The notes: a model not told the origin generated them from the sequence alone. Counted from the stretch's first letter, positions 48,544-59,394 are shown. The stretch is DNA of 64,000 nucleotides from Syntrophales bacterium (GCA_963662405.2 CAXXKT010000001.1:1504001-1568000); one strand, 5' to 3'. A program made the numbers and translations.

Positions 48544-48849
48544 CTATTCGGAACGATATCCATTACCAACATGGATACCAACGATACCAAGATCGTACTC
48601 TTTATTGAAATAACAGGCGACACGGCTCCTGTCCCTGCCGCCGCTCAGGCCGATAACGGCGTCGTGTCTTCCCGTATCACGGCGGGGTCGGGCGGTAATC
48701 CCCCGTTGGTTCTTCAGTGTTTTTTCCGAAGGGAGGCTTCTCTGCCCTGGTTCGGGATGAATATTGCGAACGCCGTTCTCATCGAAACGGATACCGGCAT
48801 ATGTTTCCGGCAAGATACAAACCGTACATCTTTTTAAGATCTTAGGCAT
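48544..48849 (-). pseudogene. Truncated N-acetyl sugar amidotransferase / N-type ATP pyrophosphatase fragment
   Basis: LKRCTVCILPETYAGIRFDENGV and DAVIGLSGGRD motifs, then an early stop. Confidence 0.6.
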
Positions 48850-49094
48850 TTCCGATACCGCCGAACATAGTCGATAATAACAGGAACATCAGGGGCACCC
48901 AATTGAAACTGCGCCGTGAGCAAACCCACAACTATGCAGCCCTTTTCCAATTACAGAAGTATAGGAACAACTTATCTTGTATGTCAAGGGGAAAGTACTA
49001 CAAGATATTGTGGTCATATACCGTTGAGTGGAGACAGTCACCCCTCGGGCGGCACATTACACATCAAACATTCTTTGTATGGATCAGACCGATG

Positions 49095-51302
49095 TTAATA
49101 GGGGCGAGGATTCTCATGTCTGCCGGGGATGTTTTCATGACGGGACGGGCCGCTACCCCGTTTCAATTTCTTGGTGGATTCGATGATATTGAGGGAGCGC
49201 TTTTTCAGCTCATAGAACCCATGCCACCAGGCGTAGTCGGGTGCCATCATGGCGGCTCCCATGCGGGCCCGGCGTCCCTCGTGGTGCCAGAGTTCATAGA
49301 ACTCCCACTCGAGGTCCTCATCGAAAAAACGCTCATCGCAGAGAATCCCGGCCTGGTAGAGTTCGTCCATGAGGGTACGCATGGGACGGTAGTATTCCTT
49401 GTTATAGTTTTCAACGACACGGTCCAGATTCCGGAAATGATCGTCCGTCCACGTACCGGAGTGGCACTGGAGACAGACTCGTTTCATGGTGCCTTGCTCT
49501 TCTCTCCAGTCCGTCGGGGCCGGGAAGGGCCGGAACTCCGAGGGGCGGACCGTCAGGGGCGCCTGGGTCTCCCAGGAGAGGCGTTTCGTCACGTCGTGGG
49601 ATCGCTCCACGCCGGGGGCCGCCGACATATGGCAGGTCGAACAGGTGGGGGCCCGATAGTCTCGCCCCGCCGTCCAGGTCCCGTCGACAGGTTCCCACTC
49701 CCACCCGTCCCCTTCGGCGTGATAGAGCGTCCCGTGTTTGGACTCGTTGTAGATTTCGATCTGGGGATGATCGGGTCCCAGATGACACTGATCGCATGCC
49801 TCCGGTTTCCGCGCCTCGGCTGCGGAAAAGCGGTGGCGGGTATGGCAGCTCGAACAGCACCCCCGGCTGCCGTCGGGGTTGATCCTGCCGATCCCGACGT
49901 TAGGCCAGGTCCCCGGTGTGGGCCGGCCGTCGATGACCTCGACGGCCGTTCCGTGACAGGTATAACACCCCGTTGTCCTCTCGATCTCGTTGTTCATGTC
50001 GTGGTTCAGCCAGTAATCGACCTTCCAGATGATATCCCGGGTGTGGGCATGCTTGCTCCGGTCGAACTGGGAGGCCTCTTTCGGGTGACAGCCGGCGCAG
50101 CGTTTCGGAGAGACCACGACCGATATGGGGGTGGAACTGTTTTCCCGGTGGGCCGTGCTGGTGGCGTTTGTGTTGTCGCTCCCCCGGTGGCAGTCGTAAC
50201 AGGTGACGCCCACGGCGGCGTGGACGCTCTGTTCCCAGTCGCGGTACAGGGCCGGTTTGGTGCGACGGTGACAGGACAGGCAGGTCTGTTCGATCGCCGC
50301 GGTTGTGTGGACCTCCGGTGCCGCGGTGAGGGTGAGAGAGAACGGTCCCCATCGCCAGACGCTGATACAGGCGACGATGAGGAAGATGATGAACAGATTC
50401 GTATAGGCCATCAACACGAAGACCCTGTGGGCCCGAGCGGGAGGCGCAGAGGGTTCGCCTTGATCCTCTGCCAGTCTTCCCGCCTGCTCCACCTTTTCGA
50501 ATACTTCCGTTCCGTGGGGGGCACCCTTGAGGGCCTCCGTCAGATCGGCCCCGGCCGCGTGCCTCCCGAAGTGACGTCCCCCCTCCCACTTCACGCTGTC
50601 CGTCACATCGTATATCGTGTTCTCATAGACCACATAGGCCGCTTTTCCCCCGGACCCATCAAAATCGGCAAGCGATGTCCGCGTTACCACACCGGAGGAT
50701 GGCGGAGGCGGGGGGGCTGATGCTTCCTCCTTCATCTTCCGGTGAACGACCGTTATCGCCGCGGCCGCGATCATGATCATCATGAGAAAGAGGACGATTT
50801 TGACGAACAGCATGAATCCGAAGGTATTGTTGAAGAACTGCTCCCACCGGTCGATGCGGTACCTCGTCAGAAAGAGACCGGTGATCGCAAGGGTGGCCAT
50901 GCAGGACAGGCCGAGGATCCTCTCGGATCTCGGAATGCCTCCCTTGAGGCGGGTGGGACGGATGAAGATATGGATGTAGAAGATGGCGCCGAAGAATATG
51001 ATCGCCGCCAGGAGATGGATATACCCGATAATCAAGCGGGCGGCCCGGTGAAACGGAGACTGATACCGGACGGATGTGGTCAGGATCTTTTCCGGGATCG
51101 GATAGTCGTACCCATTCCGGATATAGGCGAATCCGACCGGTGTCAGGGGACCGCCGAGGGTGTCCCGATGACAGTACGAGCAGGTTTTCCCCGTACGGGC
51201 GGCGTATTCCTCCTTCCCGAAGCAGGGTGGTGCCCCCGGCCACATAACCGTGAACAGCACCGCTAATACAAGAAAGAGTGGCAGACAGGCAGCCTTCCTC
51301 AT
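49095..51302 (-). CDS. Multiheme cytochrome c: monoheme + TM bundle + cytochrome b5-like + octaheme Hao-like domain
   Basis: 9 CxxCH motifs; CHLGPDHPQIEIYNESKHG; WHHEGRRARMGAAMMAPDYAWWHG; YDVT..W.GGRHF.RH.AG.DLT..L..APHG. Confidence 0.88.
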   Translation of the reverse strand: MRKAACLPLFLVLAVLFTVMWPGAPPCFGKEEYAARTGKTCSYCHRDTLGGPLTPVGFAYIRNGYDYPIPEKILTTSVRYQSPFHRAARLIIGYIHLLAAIIFFGAIFYIHIFIRPTRLKGGIPRSERILGLSCMATLAITGLFLTRYRIDRWEQFFNNTFGFMLFVKIVLFLMMIMIAAAAITVVHRKMKEEASAPPPPPSSGVVTRTSLADFDGSGGKAAYVVYENTIYDVTDSVKWEGGRHFGRHAAGADLTEALKGAPHGTEVFEKVEQAGRLAEDQGEPSAPPARAHRVFVLMAYTNLFIIFLIVACISVWRWGPFSLTLTAAPEVHTTAAIEQTCLSCHRRTKPALYRDWEQSVHAAVGVTCYDCHRGSDNTNATSTAHRENSSTPISVVVSPKRCAGCHPKEASQFDRSKHAHTRDIIWKVDYWLNHDMNNEIERTTGCYTCHGTAVEVIDGRPTPGTWPNVGIGRINPDGSRGCCSSCHTRHRFSAAEARKPEACDQCHLGPDHPQIEIYNESKHGTLYHAEGDGWEWEPVDGTWTAGRDYRAPTCSTCHMSAAPGVERSHDVTKRLSWETQAPLTVRPSEFRPFPAPTDWREEQGTMKRVCLQCHSGTWTDDHFRNLDRVVENYNKEYYRPMRTLMDELYQAGILCDERFFDEDLEWEFYELWHHEGRRARMGAAMMAPDYAWWHGFYELKKRSLNIIESTKKLKRGSGPSRHENIPGRHENPRPY

Positions 51303-51540
51303 AGTCAGAGTCCCTGAAAAACAGGCTTTCTTTGCCGAGTACCGTACAAAATACTACCGGTTATTGCGGGAATGATCAATAAGAATTGATCACTATTTTC
51401 CGCAATGGCAACCGAAGCCTCCCACCTGAGAAATTCACTCCCCGGCCACTGATTTCAAAGGGTTATTTTCCCTTGACCATGGCGGGCATATTGTATAGGA
51501 AGGTGTGCGGGTGCGCAGTTCGCGTTTTTCGAGGAGCGGG

Positions 51541-52155
51541 ATGGACATCGAAACGATCGAATCAAGGGAGATCAAAGGGTTTATTGCCAGAGAGGAGGCA
51601 CTGCGGCTCTACGAACTGGCGCGGGAGGCGAGTCGCATCGGTCCCTGCCTGGAGATCGGGAGCTACTGCGGGAAGACCGCCGCCTACATCGGGGCGGGAT
51701 GCGAAGAGGCCGGCAGTGTCCTCTTCTCCATCGATCACCACCGGGGTTCGGAGGAGCAGCAGCCGGGGGAGGAGTATTTCGATCCGGAGCTCCTGGACAC
51801 GGAGACCGGCCTGATCGATACCTTCAGATTCTTCAGGAAGACGATTGATGCACTTGGACTGGAAGAGACGGTGATCCCTATCATTGCGCGGTCGGAGGTC
51901 GCCGCACAGGAATGGAAGACCCCCCTCGGGATGGTCTTCATCGACGGCGGTCACACCTTCGAGGCGGCGATGACCGATTATACCTGCTGGACCCCCCACA
52001 TCCTCCCGGGCGGCTTCCTCGCCATTCACGACATCTTCCCCGACCCCTCGCAGGGGGGGCAAGCCCCTTACCATATCTACAATCGCGCCCTCGACTCGGG
52101 CCTCTTCACCGAACTTCCGATGGTGCAGACCCTGGGGATCTTGAAGAGAAAATAG
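51541..52155 (+). CDS. Class I SAM-dependent methyltransferase
   Basis: LEIGSYCGK, IDHHRGSEEQQPG, FIDGGH. Confidence 0.85.
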   Translation: MDIETIESREIKGFIAREEALRLYELAREASRIGPCLEIGSYCGKTAAYIGAGCEEAGSVLFSIDHHRGSEEQQPGEEYFDPELLDTETGLIDTFRFFRKTIDALGLEETVIPIIARSEVAAQEWKTPLGMVFIDGGHTFEAAMTDYTCWTPHILPGGFLAIHDIFPDPSQGGQAPYHIYNRALDSGLFTELPMVQTLGILKRK

Positions 52156-52238
52156 GATGGAGGGTACGATCTTTTGCGGTGGAGCAGCCCCATCCGTTCT
52201 GCGCCGGTGAGGAGCGGTTTCACACTGCGTGACACCGA

Positions 52239-53825
52239 TTAGCCATCGACACGGTTATTGTGCGTCCAACGCCACGCGATGCGGTAGTCCATACGGTGTG
52301 CCTTGAGGTAGCCGGCACCGATAAAGTCCTTTATGGTACCCGAAACCAGTGCCGAATCAAATCCCGTTGCCTCCTCGATCCTGCGGCACAGGGCGCGGAC
52401 GGAACCGTTGTCCGACGCGTCGTCGATGGGAAAACAGCCGTAGGTCTCGATCAGGTCCTCGGATAGCAAACGGTAGGTCAGCTGCATCCTGAAATGTCCT
52501 CCGACCTGGAGCTTGTCTTCGGGCAGCCCCCGCCCCTCCCGGCAGTCACGCACCTGTTTCTCCCATTTTTCGGCTATTTCACGATCAAGCGCTGCGACGA
52601 ACGATTCCATCTCTTCGGGGGCGAGCCGGGACGTCCTGACGATAGCGCTGTTCGCATCATACCGTGTCCAGTCGTCCGTCAGTATTTCGAGATCATACTC
52701 CTCAATCCTCTCGCGCACGTCCGTGCCGGGGAAGGGGGCGAGAAAATGATATCCGTAGGCGATTCCCAGGCTCTTCGCGAATTCCCTCGTGTCGACGAGG
52801 GACTCCGGCGATTCTCCGGGGAGTCCCACCATAAATGAGGCGTGGGCTATGATCCCCGCTTCTTTGCATAGCCTGACCGCCCGTCGTGCCTGTTCGAGGG
52901 TGATTCCCTTTCTGACCCGTCGGAGCATTTCGTGATTGCCGGACTCGATCCCGAAACTGATCCCGTCGCATCCGGCATCGCGCATCATCTCGAGTATCTC
53001 CCGGTCGACCGTATTGACCCGCGCAAAGGCACTCCACTGGAAGGCGAGGCCCCGCTTCATGATCTGTTCGCACACCTCGCGGACCCGCCGCTTATTGGAG
53101 GTGAACAGATCGTCCGCCACGTTGATCCGGGAGATCCCGTACGACAGGATTTCTTCGATCTCATCCATCACGCATTCCACCGTACGGTAGCGGACCTTTT
53201 GGCCCACCATCCGTCTTCCCTGACAGAATATACAGGGGTTCGGACATCCCCGGCTCGTGATGATGCTGACCGGGAAGCCGAGCGCCCGATAGCGTGACAG
53301 GGGGAGGAGATGACGGGCCGGAGGGGGGATGGAATCGAGATCCTCGATCAGTTCCCTCGATTCGGTAACGATGATTTCGCCGTTCCGCCGGAAGGCGATG
53401 CCTCGTATGTCAGGCCACGCGGACCGATCCGCGTAGTGAGGGACCAGTTCCGCGATGGTCTCTTCCCCTTCACCCAGGACCAGGAGGTCGATCTCGGGGT
53501 ACGTCTCAAGGGTGCGGGAGGCATCGAAGGAGACATGGGGCCCTCCCATGATGGCCAGGATAGAGGGGCGGTGTCTCTTGGCCGTTCGCACGATATCCGC
53601 GGCGGTGGGGAAGGTCATGGTCACCGATGTCGCCCCCACGATGTCGGGTTCAAAGGCGTCCAAATCCGCCTTGAGTTTTTCCACGGTATACCGCGATACG
53701 ATATAGTCGATTATTTTCACCCGGCACCCCGCCGCCTCGAATGCCGCTGCCGCATACGAGACCCCCAGCGGGGGGGCCGGGGCCTCGTCAAGGGGGTATG
53801 GAGGAGCAATGATGGCTACTTTCAT
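52239..53825 (-). CDS. Cobalamin-binding radical SAM protein
   Basis: PPLG, GGPH, GEGE, SRGCPNPCIFC. Confidence 0.9.
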   Translation of the reverse strand: MKVAIIAPPYPLDEAPAPPLGVSYAAAAFEAAGCRVKIIDYIVSRYTVEKLKADLDAFEPDIVGATSVTMTFPTAADIVRTAKRHRPSILAIMGGPHVSFDASRTLETYPEIDLLVLGEGEETIAELVPHYADRSAWPDIRGIAFRRNGEIIVTESRELIEDLDSIPPPARHLLPLSRYRALGFPVSIITSRGCPNPCIFCQGRRMVGQKVRYRTVECVMDEIEEILSYGISRINVADDLFTSNKRRVREVCEQIMKRGLAFQWSAFARVNTVDREILEMMRDAGCDGISFGIESGNHEMLRRVRKGITLEQARRAVRLCKEAGIIAHASFMVGLPGESPESLVDTREFAKSLGIAYGYHFLAPFPGTDVRERIEEYDLEILTDDWTRYDANSAIVRTSRLAPEEMESFVAALDREIAEKWEKQVRDCREGRGLPEDKLQVGGHFRMQLTYRLLSEDLIETYGCFPIDDASDNGSVRALCRRIEEATGFDSALVSGTIKDFIGAGYLKAHRMDYRIAWRWTHNNRVDG

Positions 53826-53882
53826 GAAGAATATACCGTTTTCGTTTTGATTACCGTGTGTTGTCCGGTTCCTGCGGACGGA

Positions 53883-54812
53883 TCACCCCGTTGACAGAGG
53901 CGTGTCCTGATCTCCTTTCAGGAGGGCGTCGATCAATTCATCCTTTTCCTGCCAGAGCCGGGCCACCCATTCCTGAAACCTTTGTCTGAAATGGGGATCA
54001 TCCTGATAATTCCCCTCGACGAATTCCGGGGGGATCGGCCGGGTCTTGACCCGCGCGATGATTCGTGACACGCGACCGGAGACAAAGTCCCAGAAGGTAA
54101 AGGCCCCTTCGGGGTACACGATCGTCACATCGAGCATCTTTGTGATCTTTCCCGCCATCGCATTGATGGCGAAGGCGAATCCGCCCGCCCGGGGACGCAG
54201 GAGGTGCCGGTAGGGGGAGTGTTGTTCCCTGTGCTTTTCAGGGGTGAAACGCGTCCCTTCGATAAAATTGAGGATGGCAACGGGTGTCTGCTTGTACCGT
54301 TCGCACATCCGTCGTGTCGTTGCCAGATCCGCTCCGTGAAACTCCGGGTGCTGAGCAATGAACTCTTTTGAGTAACGCTTCATAAAGGGGTAGTCGAGGG
54401 CCCAGAAGGCGGTGCCGAGGATCGGGATCCAGAAGAGTTCCTGTTTGAGAAAAAATTTGGGGAAGGGGATGCGGCCGGTAAATATCTTGAGAAGGACGAT
54501 GATATCCGCCCAGGCTTGATGGTTGCTGTTGACGAAATACCATTCATTCAGATCCAAACCGTCGGTCCCCTTCACATCCCACGAGATCTTCTGCGTCAGG
54601 GTGAGGACGCAGAGGATCCCCCTGATCCACCAGTAAATAGTCCCCATCAGCAGTCGTGCGCAGAGGCGCTGCCACGGGGGGAAGCGGATGACGAACTTCA
54701 GCAGTGCCAGGATATAAAGAGGGATCGAAAAGACAAAGGTATTCAGCGCTGCCAGAAGGATCGATACCACCCCCAGAAGGTATGGCGGGAGAAAAGACAA
54801 CATCCCGATCAC
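53883..54812 (-). CDS. Acyltransferase (PlsC family, YihG-like)
   Basis: NHQAWAD, FFLK, FIEGTRF. Confidence 0.88.
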   Translation of the reverse strand: MIGMLSFLPPYLLGVVSILLAALNTFVFSIPLYILALLKFVIRFPPWQRLCARLLMGTIYWWIRGILCVLTLTQKISWDVKGTDGLDLNEWYFVNSNHQAWADIIVLLKIFTGRIPFPKFFLKQELFWIPILGTAFWALDYPFMKRYSKEFIAQHPEFHGADLATTRRMCERYKQTPVAILNFIEGTRFTPEKHREQHSPYRHLLRPRAGGFAFAINAMAGKITKMLDVTIVYPEGAFTFWDFVSGRVSRIIARVKTRPIPPEFVEGNYQDDPHFRQRFQEWVARLWQEKDELIDALLKGDQDTPLSTG

Positions 54813-55387
54813 TCGAATTTAACCTGAGGAGCTGCTTGGGCTGATTCGGGTACCTCGAAAAACTCCGCCTTCGTGAAACCGAAAAGACCCGCCATCAGAT
54901 TGGCCGGGAAGGTCCTGATCCTGACATTATAGGCCCTCACGGTTTCGTTGTAGCGTCTTCTCTCGACGGCGATCCGGTTCTCCGTGCCGGCCAGTTCATC
55001 CTGGAGTCTGATGAAGTTCTGATTCGACTTGATATCCGGATAGCGTTCCACGGTCACGAGCAGTCTGCCGAGGGCGCTGGTAAGCTGGTTGTTCGCCTCT
55101 ATCTTATCGGGAATATTCTTCGCTCCCCCCACCTTGGCCCGGGCCTCGGTCACGCCGATGAAGACCTCTTTCTCCTGAGCGGCAAACCCTTTTACCGTTT
55201 CAACGAGATTGGGGATCAGGTCGTAGCGCCTCTGCAATTGATTTTCCACCTGGGCCCACGCCGCCTTTACCCCTTCATCCAAAGTGACGAAGCTGTTGTA
55301 TGTCCCCTTGAGGCCGGAATAGAACATCAGCAGGACCACAACGACCACCCCCACGGCGATCAAAAGATTTCTTTTCCCCTTTGTCAT
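54809..55387 (-). CDS. lemA: LemA family protein
   Basis: QLQRRYDLIPNLV, ERYPDIKS, TENRIAVERRRYN. Confidence 0.93.
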   Translation of the reverse strand: MTKGKRNLLIAVGVVVVVLLMFYSGLKGTYNSFVTLDEGVKAAWAQVENQLQRRYDLIPNLVETVKGFAAQEKEVFIGVTEARAKVGGAKNIPDKIEANNQLTSALGRLLVTVERYPDIKSNQNFIRLQDELAGTENRIAVERRRYNETVRAYNVRIRTFPANLMAGLFGFTKAEFFEVPESAQAAPQVKFE

Positions 55388-55469
55388 CGATACGCTCCTC
55401 CTTCATACAATATGATTGTTTTTATTGAAGCCTGCGGGCCGCATGCGGGGCAGGTCGTTCAGGATATCG

Positions 55470-56201
55470 TTACTCTAAGGTGTCGACACAATTCCACAGC
55501 CGCCTCACCTCGGCAAGATATTTCTTCATGGCGTCGTCCGTCTCGGGCGGGGGAAGTTTCTTTCCCTCTTTGATATCGAGACAATGGAGAAATGCATCGG
55601 CATCGATCCGAAGTTCACGGGTAAGTGCCTCCACGATCTCCCGCCGTGTGGAAGGGATCGCCACATCTTTGAGGTACAAGAGCCCTCTGAAGATCGAAAT
55701 AAAGGCGGTGATCGATTCCGCAATCAGGGCCTGTATGCGCTTGGTCTTACCTTCCGTCTCCAGGAATCGCTCCCTGAGAAGGAGCAGTTTCCCCTTGATC
55801 TCCCGTTCGCACTGAAGCCTGAGGTGCTCCCGCCCGAATGCTATGCCGCCCAGCACATCCGTGCCGTACACGAGGAGGTAACTCTCCCGCATGTTCAGGA
55901 ATTCGAGCGGGTACGAGTCAAGTGAAGAGTCGATGTAGGATGTGGTCATAAAGAGCGGTGTTGCCACCCCCTTTTTGCGCCACCGGGAAACCGTTGCAAT
56001 GGCCCGATCCAGATGATCAATGGCCTCTTCGGAAAGGACGATCAGGAAGTTCAGATCCGATTTCCCCGGTCGGTAGTCTCCCCCCGCCGCGCTGCCGTAC
56101 AGGGTGATCGAAATGAGGTCATCCCCATAGAGCTTCCGATACTCCTCGGAGATAGCGGGAAAGATCGTTGCCGGTTTGTCTGTTTTTACCATGGTATTCA
56201 T
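55470..56201 (-). CDS. Nucleotidyltransferase-domain protein
   Basis: LYGSAA.GD...SDLN; in the lemA/TPM cluster. Confidence 0.75.
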   Translation of the reverse strand: MNTMVKTDKPATIFPAISEEYRKLYGDDLISITLYGSAAGGDYRPGKSDLNFLIVLSEEAIDHLDRAIATVSRWRKKGVATPLFMTTSYIDSSLDSYPLEFLNMRESYLLVYGTDVLGGIAFGREHLRLQCEREIKGKLLLLRERFLETEGKTKRIQALIAESITAFISIFRGLLYLKDVAIPSTRREIVEALTRELRIDADAFLHCLDIKEGKKLPPPETDDAMKKYLAEVRRLWNCVDTLE

Positions 56202-56225
56202 TTCCTCCAGGATAGTGAATCGGGG

Positions 56226-56987
56226 TTAAAACCCCCGTCCCGCGCCGCCGCCGCCGCTCATGCCGCCGCCGAATCCGCCGAATCCGCCGCCGAATCCGCC
56301 GAATCCGCCGCCCCCTCCTCTGCCGCCCATCAGGAGCATGAGCAGTAGGAATGGGAGCATGCGTCTGCCTTGACGGGTCCCCAGGAGCAGGGACATGACA
56401 ATCAGGAGCATGATCAGAGAGAAAACGCTGCTCCCCTTTTTCTGTCGTGACATCGAGTTCTTGCGTGTCTGCGGCACCCCGGTTAGCGAGACGCCCGCGT
56501 CCTTCGCGATAACGGATGAGACGGCAACCATGGCGCTCGACAGGCCCTTATCGTAATCACCTGTCTTGAGGGAGGGGATTACGTATCGGTCCAGGATCTC
56601 TCCCACGAGACCGTCAGGCAGGATCCCCTCAACGCCGTATCCCGTTTCAATCCTGATGCTCCTCTCCTGGAGGGCAAGGAATATCAAAACCCCCTTATCT
56701 TCTCCCTTTTTCCCGATACCCCATGCCTCGTACAAACGGTTTGCATAGCTGGCGGGATCATCCCCCCCGATCTCCTTCATCGTGACCACAACGACCGATG
56801 TCCCCGCCTTTTCAATGACCTCCCGGGCGAGAGATTTCATCGACTGTTCGTATCGTGGCGAGATAACCCCCGCGAAGTCGTTGACGGCCCCCGCGGGCCT
56901 CGGAAAATCATTCCCAAAGGCGCACGTGGCGATCAGACAGATCGCCATCGTTACAATGAGCAGGGCCGCTCCTATTTTTTTCTTCAA
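56226..56987 (-). CDS. TPM domain protein
   Basis: VNDFAG, WGIG, IETGYGVEG.LPD, Gly-rich tail GGFGGGMSGGGGA. Confidence 0.9.
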   Translation of the reverse strand: MKKKIGAALLIVTMAICLIATCAFGNDFPRPAGAVNDFAGVISPRYEQSMKSLAREVIEKAGTSVVVVTMKEIGGDDPASYANRLYEAWGIGKKGEDKGVLIFLALQERSIRIETGYGVEGILPDGLVGEILDRYVIPSLKTGDYDKGLSSAMVAVSSVIAKDAGVSLTGVPQTRKNSMSRQKKGSSVFSLIMLLIVMSLLLGTRQGRRMLPFLLLMLLMGGRGGGGGFGGFGGGFGGFGGGMSGGGGAGRGF

Positions 56988-57031
56988 ATCAGGGGTTCCT
57001 TTCGTGCAATCTAATCATAGCCGATACCGTC

Positions 57032-57730
57032 CTACTCTGTGTCAACCGCTTTCTGCACACCCTTGAGGAATTCGCCGACGGCCTTTCCCTTTTCCTCGGG
57101 AGTCAACTTCTCGAATTCCTCCTGAGAATGGCTCCACCCTTCCATCTTGTTATTGAGGTGACGGGTACTATAGGTGGCGCTGAGGTTTGTCACCAGGAGG
57201 ATACCGAAGAGGACACCGAAGACGATCCAGGCTCGTTGTGCCCTGATTGCGTGTACCTCGATACTGGCGCATACCACCAGGTAGGTCATCCATACCAGCC
57301 CCAAGGCCGCCCCCAGATAGGGGACAATGCCGAGGATAGTAGTGACGGGTGTGATCGCTGCGGCATAGGCTCCGCAGCGGTAGGCGGTTTCGAATGGCTC
57401 CTGCGATCCCATAATTTTCCAAATGACGAACATGATAGCTGCACCCACGAATCCGAATATGATCGCGAATACCGGAGTTACTATCAGAAACAAAAGGGCC
57501 GTGCCGAAAGATCCGGCAAAACCGAGCCCCGTGATCGACAGGATCAGATTAATGACACCCACGATAATCCCTATCCCCGCCACGAATATCAGAGGGTCGC
57601 TGAATCCGCCGCCTCTGGGCATTGTCCTGAAAAACCCGGCGGGATTCAGAATCACCTCTTTCATCGTGTTGAGTATCGCTACTATATTTTCCTTCATTCG
57701 TTTTTCGATCTTCGATTTGTCGTCCCCCAT
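57032..57730 (-). CDS. YIP1-family membrane protein
   Basis: P..FF motif and five hydrophobic helices; start ATG 57730 after a GAGGGG RBS. Confidence 0.75.
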   Translation of the reverse strand: MGDDKSKIEKRMKENIVAILNTMKEVILNPAGFFRTMPRGGGFSDPLIFVAGIGIIVGVINLILSITGLGFAGSFGTALLFLIVTPVFAIIFGFVGAAIMFVIWKIMGSQEPFETAYRCGAYAAAITPVTTILGIVPYLGAALGLVWMTYLVVCASIEVHAIRAQRAWIVFGVLFGILLVTNLSATYSTRHLNNKMEGWSHSQEEFEKLTPEEKGKAVGEFLKGVQKAVDTE

Positions 57731-58350
57731 TGATCCCCCCTCTGAGTAGCTGCTGATTTTACAACAAGCAATCGCATCAAAGATTGTGCCGGATAGCCAT
57801 ATCCTGTAGACGCTCCCTGTTCGAGCCGAAAATATCCTGAACAAGACGGCAGATAGGCTCAAAATCAACATATTACGGAAGCATTGAGTGTGCATTCTGC
57901 CACAACTGTAGATGACAACGCAACTTTTTTCCCAAGCAGGACGATACCGGTGTGCTCGAAACGTCTCTGGATTTGCTCACAATATATGGTGAACTCTTAC
58001 GGCTTTGTCGAATTTTCACCCGAAGAGATTGGGTGGTGAGAGGGACTTGAGTGGGATACGGGAGAATGTATGGCTTTGATATCAAATTGTTATCTCGAAG
58101 TGATTCAGAAAAAAGATGATGCCGCCGGAGGGCGGCAGGCTCTGGGTATTTCCCCGAGAGGAGGCAATATGAAATGTAACCCCGGGAAGGGACACGACGG
58201 CAACCGCACGGTGTGATCCGAGGGTGGTTGATTGGAGGCGTTTTTTTGATGAATTGACTTGATTTTTTGCGCGCGGGATACGAAACTTAGCCGATCCTTG
58301 GGGGCTCCTCTGGGGAGAGGCGGCTCAATACTTTATCTGAGAGGTTTTCT

Positions 58351-58939
58351 ATGTCGAAACAAATATGGATCGTGGGAATACTGATTTCCCTTATGGCCTT
58401 TTCCCTGGGCTGCTCGGCCTTTATGAAGGCGGATATCCTTGTGATTCAAGACGATTACAGGGGAGCTATCGAACTGTACCAGCAATATCTTGTGCACCAT
58501 CCCGGCGATTTCGATGCGATCCGCAATCTCGGATTTGCCTACTTCAAGGCGGGAATGTCGGATCGTGCGGTTGAGGCATTTCGGGCTTCACTCGAGATAA
58601 CTCCCTCAGACCCCTTTACAATCCTGTACCTCGGTGCGACATATCTCGGGCAGAAAAAACTCAGTCAGGCTACAGAGGTATGGGAACAATTTGAAGATAG
58701 TGGCCGACCGCAGGTTGAAAATGAAATCGAAAGGCAGTTGGTATTGCTGCGAGCCGCATCCCGTGCAACCGGATCAACCCGTGACGCGAAAGCGTCACTG
58801 GTCAGGCAGATGGAGCAAGCGGCCTTGCAGGTTGAAGCAGCGTGGCAGAAAGCCGAGGTTCAGGCTGCAACCGAAGGGGGAGGAAATCCAAACGCCAACG
58901 GCGATGGTGATGGAGGGGGGGGGGAGCGGCGGCGGGTGA
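58351..58939 (+). CDS. TPR lipoprotein; probable true end at TGA 58939 across a G10 slip (the as-read ORF extends to 59073)
   Basis: Lipobox SLGC; TPR helices; poly-G at 58915-58924. Confidence 0.65.
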
Positions 58940-59128
58940 GGGTGCTAGCACCGCGTGTGTTCTGTATGAACGCCTCATACATCATATTCATCCGAATCGT
59001 ATGGAAAGAGGACTTCCGTTGTCGTCTGTTTCATACGCATACCCCCGGTTATCTGTTTTTGGTCTTGACATGAAGAATAAACTACTATAGGAAGCTTCTT
59101 TCAAGATTCCACAAAGGAGGAGATATTT

Positions 59129-59392
59129 TTGGCAAATCACAAGTCCGCCGAAAAGAGGGCGCGGCAGAGCGAGAAGAGACGGATACGGAACGCCTCCGCG
59201 AGGTCTCGTGTCAAGACGGCAGTCAAAGCTGTGCTCAGGTCCGTTGAAGAGAAAGACGCAGAAAGGTCACGAGAGGTGCTTCGTGACACAACAAAGACGA
59301 TCGCCAAGGCAGTCCCCAAGGGGATATTCCATAAGAAAACGGCCGCTCGTAAGATATCCAGACTGACCAAAAAGGTAAATGCCCTGGGGTAG
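59129..59392 (+). CDS. rpsT: 30S ribosomal protein S20
   Basis: ANHKSAEKRARQ...HKKTAARKISRL; TTG start with AAGGAGG RBS. Confidence 0.97.
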   Translation: MANHKSAEKRARQSEKRRIRNASARSRVKTAVKAVLRSVEEKDAERSREVLRDTTKTIAKAVPKGIFHKKTAARKISRLTKKVNALG

Positions 59393-59394
59393 CG

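Noticed and set aside
48965..49015. NrdR-box-like sequences (ACAAGATATTGT)
   Set aside because: Degenerate AT-rich match with no ribonucleotide reductase gene adjacent.
56235..56325. GAATCCGCC tandem repeats
   Set aside because: They simply encode the usual GGFGG tail of TPM proteins.
58110..58250. Hairpins and a 15-codon ORF with a GAGGAGG RBS
   Set aside because: No recognisable RNA family or peptide motif; too little support.
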